DNA of 64,000 bases, taken from contig JBAWFA010000007.1 of NCBI GenBank assembly GCA_049591455.1, positions 27,462-91,461 of the forward strand. Direction: 5' to 3'. The number at the start of each line of letters is the position of its first letter. The first letter of the stretch is position 1. Origin of the DNA: Gammaproteobacteria bacterium (lineage in GTDB: Bacteria > Pseudomonadota > Gammaproteobacteria > Natronospirales > REEB76). The position numbers and the translations under genes are program-made. Positions 63,638 to 64,000 of this stretch are shown piece by piece. The notes under the pieces were generated by a model, which was not told the DNA's origin, did no database searches, and was given only the letters and a program-made list of their open reading frames with translations.

Positions 63638-63726
63638 ATTAAAGAAATACCGGCTTCAGCATCATTTCCAAGGTTCTTCATCGGCAGCAGCGTCGCTACT
63701 TTGGTTTTGCTACAGGGCTCTCGGCC

Positions 63727-64000
63727 TCAAAACCTATACACGATGCCCAGTGACGCAAGATTAACGTTGTAGGTTCCGGTTTTGCTGTTGTCGCCGAGAT
63801 TGGCATACCGGTCCCAATCTAATCGCAAGGCCCAATTTTCAACAAATGCCCAGCTTGCGCCAAGCCCATAGGTGCCCTTCCAGTTCATGCTGGAACTGTT
63901 CGTTTCTGAGGGTGTACCAGGTACACCTCCCCCATCTGGTATCTCATTGACGTCCAGTTCAACACGGGCGTCAATAACTCCGGCTCGACCGAACACAGCC
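63727..64000 (-). CDS. outer-membrane beta-barrel protein, 5' end outside the window
   Basis: The C-terminus ..TYNVNLASLGIVYRF ends in the aromatic residue typical of OMPs. Alternating beta-strand pattern (WALRLDWDRY). The frame is still open at the window edge. Confidence 0.6.
   Translation of the reverse strand, partial: AVFGRAGVIDARVELDVNEIPDGGGVPGTPSETNSSSMNWKGTYGLGASWAFVENWALRLDWDRYANLGDNSKTGTYNVNLASLGIVYRF

Overview
This window is about 60% GC by hand counts of 60-nt blocks. It looks like conserved gammaproteobacterial core chromosome, essentially the E. coli 2-min and yrb/rpoN neighbourhoods joined. Gene order: a polysaccharide-type cassette (glycosyltransferase, methyltransferase, membrane protein, acetyltransferase, decayed degT and wzx remnants); pilBCD-coaE-zapD-yacG; a mutT-like Nudix/ThiE fusion; secA; an M23 peptidase; a DUF721/DciA-like gene; lpxC; the full dcw cluster from ftsZ back to mraZ with its promoter and MraZ boxes; a PEP-mutase-family gene plus a MdtABC/MuxABC-type RND pump with its own outer-membrane factor; rnpB (RNase P RNA); rsmI, lpoA, yraN, diaA; a lone FAD oxidase, an AT-rich orphan membrane gene and a YmdB-like macro-domain gene; sspBA; petABC; a degS-like protease; murA, ibaG; kdsDC-lptCAB-rpoN-hpf-rapZ; and a partial outer-membrane beta-barrel gene. 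I saw no CRISPR array, transposase, integrase, reverse transcriptase, tRNA or rRNA. I did not find a convincing novel multi-gene system. The best leads are small accessory patches and synteny breaks: (1) the decayed wzx/degT mosaic sitting where a pilin gene is expected; (2) the AT-rich orphan membrane gene downstream of the macro-domain gene, in the slot where dolP normally sits; (3) an in-frame Ala/Ser/Gly-rich insertion of about 72 aa in the second RND permease; (4) twin 23-bp palindromic operators upstream of the pump; (5) local absence of ddl, mlaFEDCB, ptsN and npr. All family calls rest on motif recognition by eye. No similarity searches or folding calculations were run.
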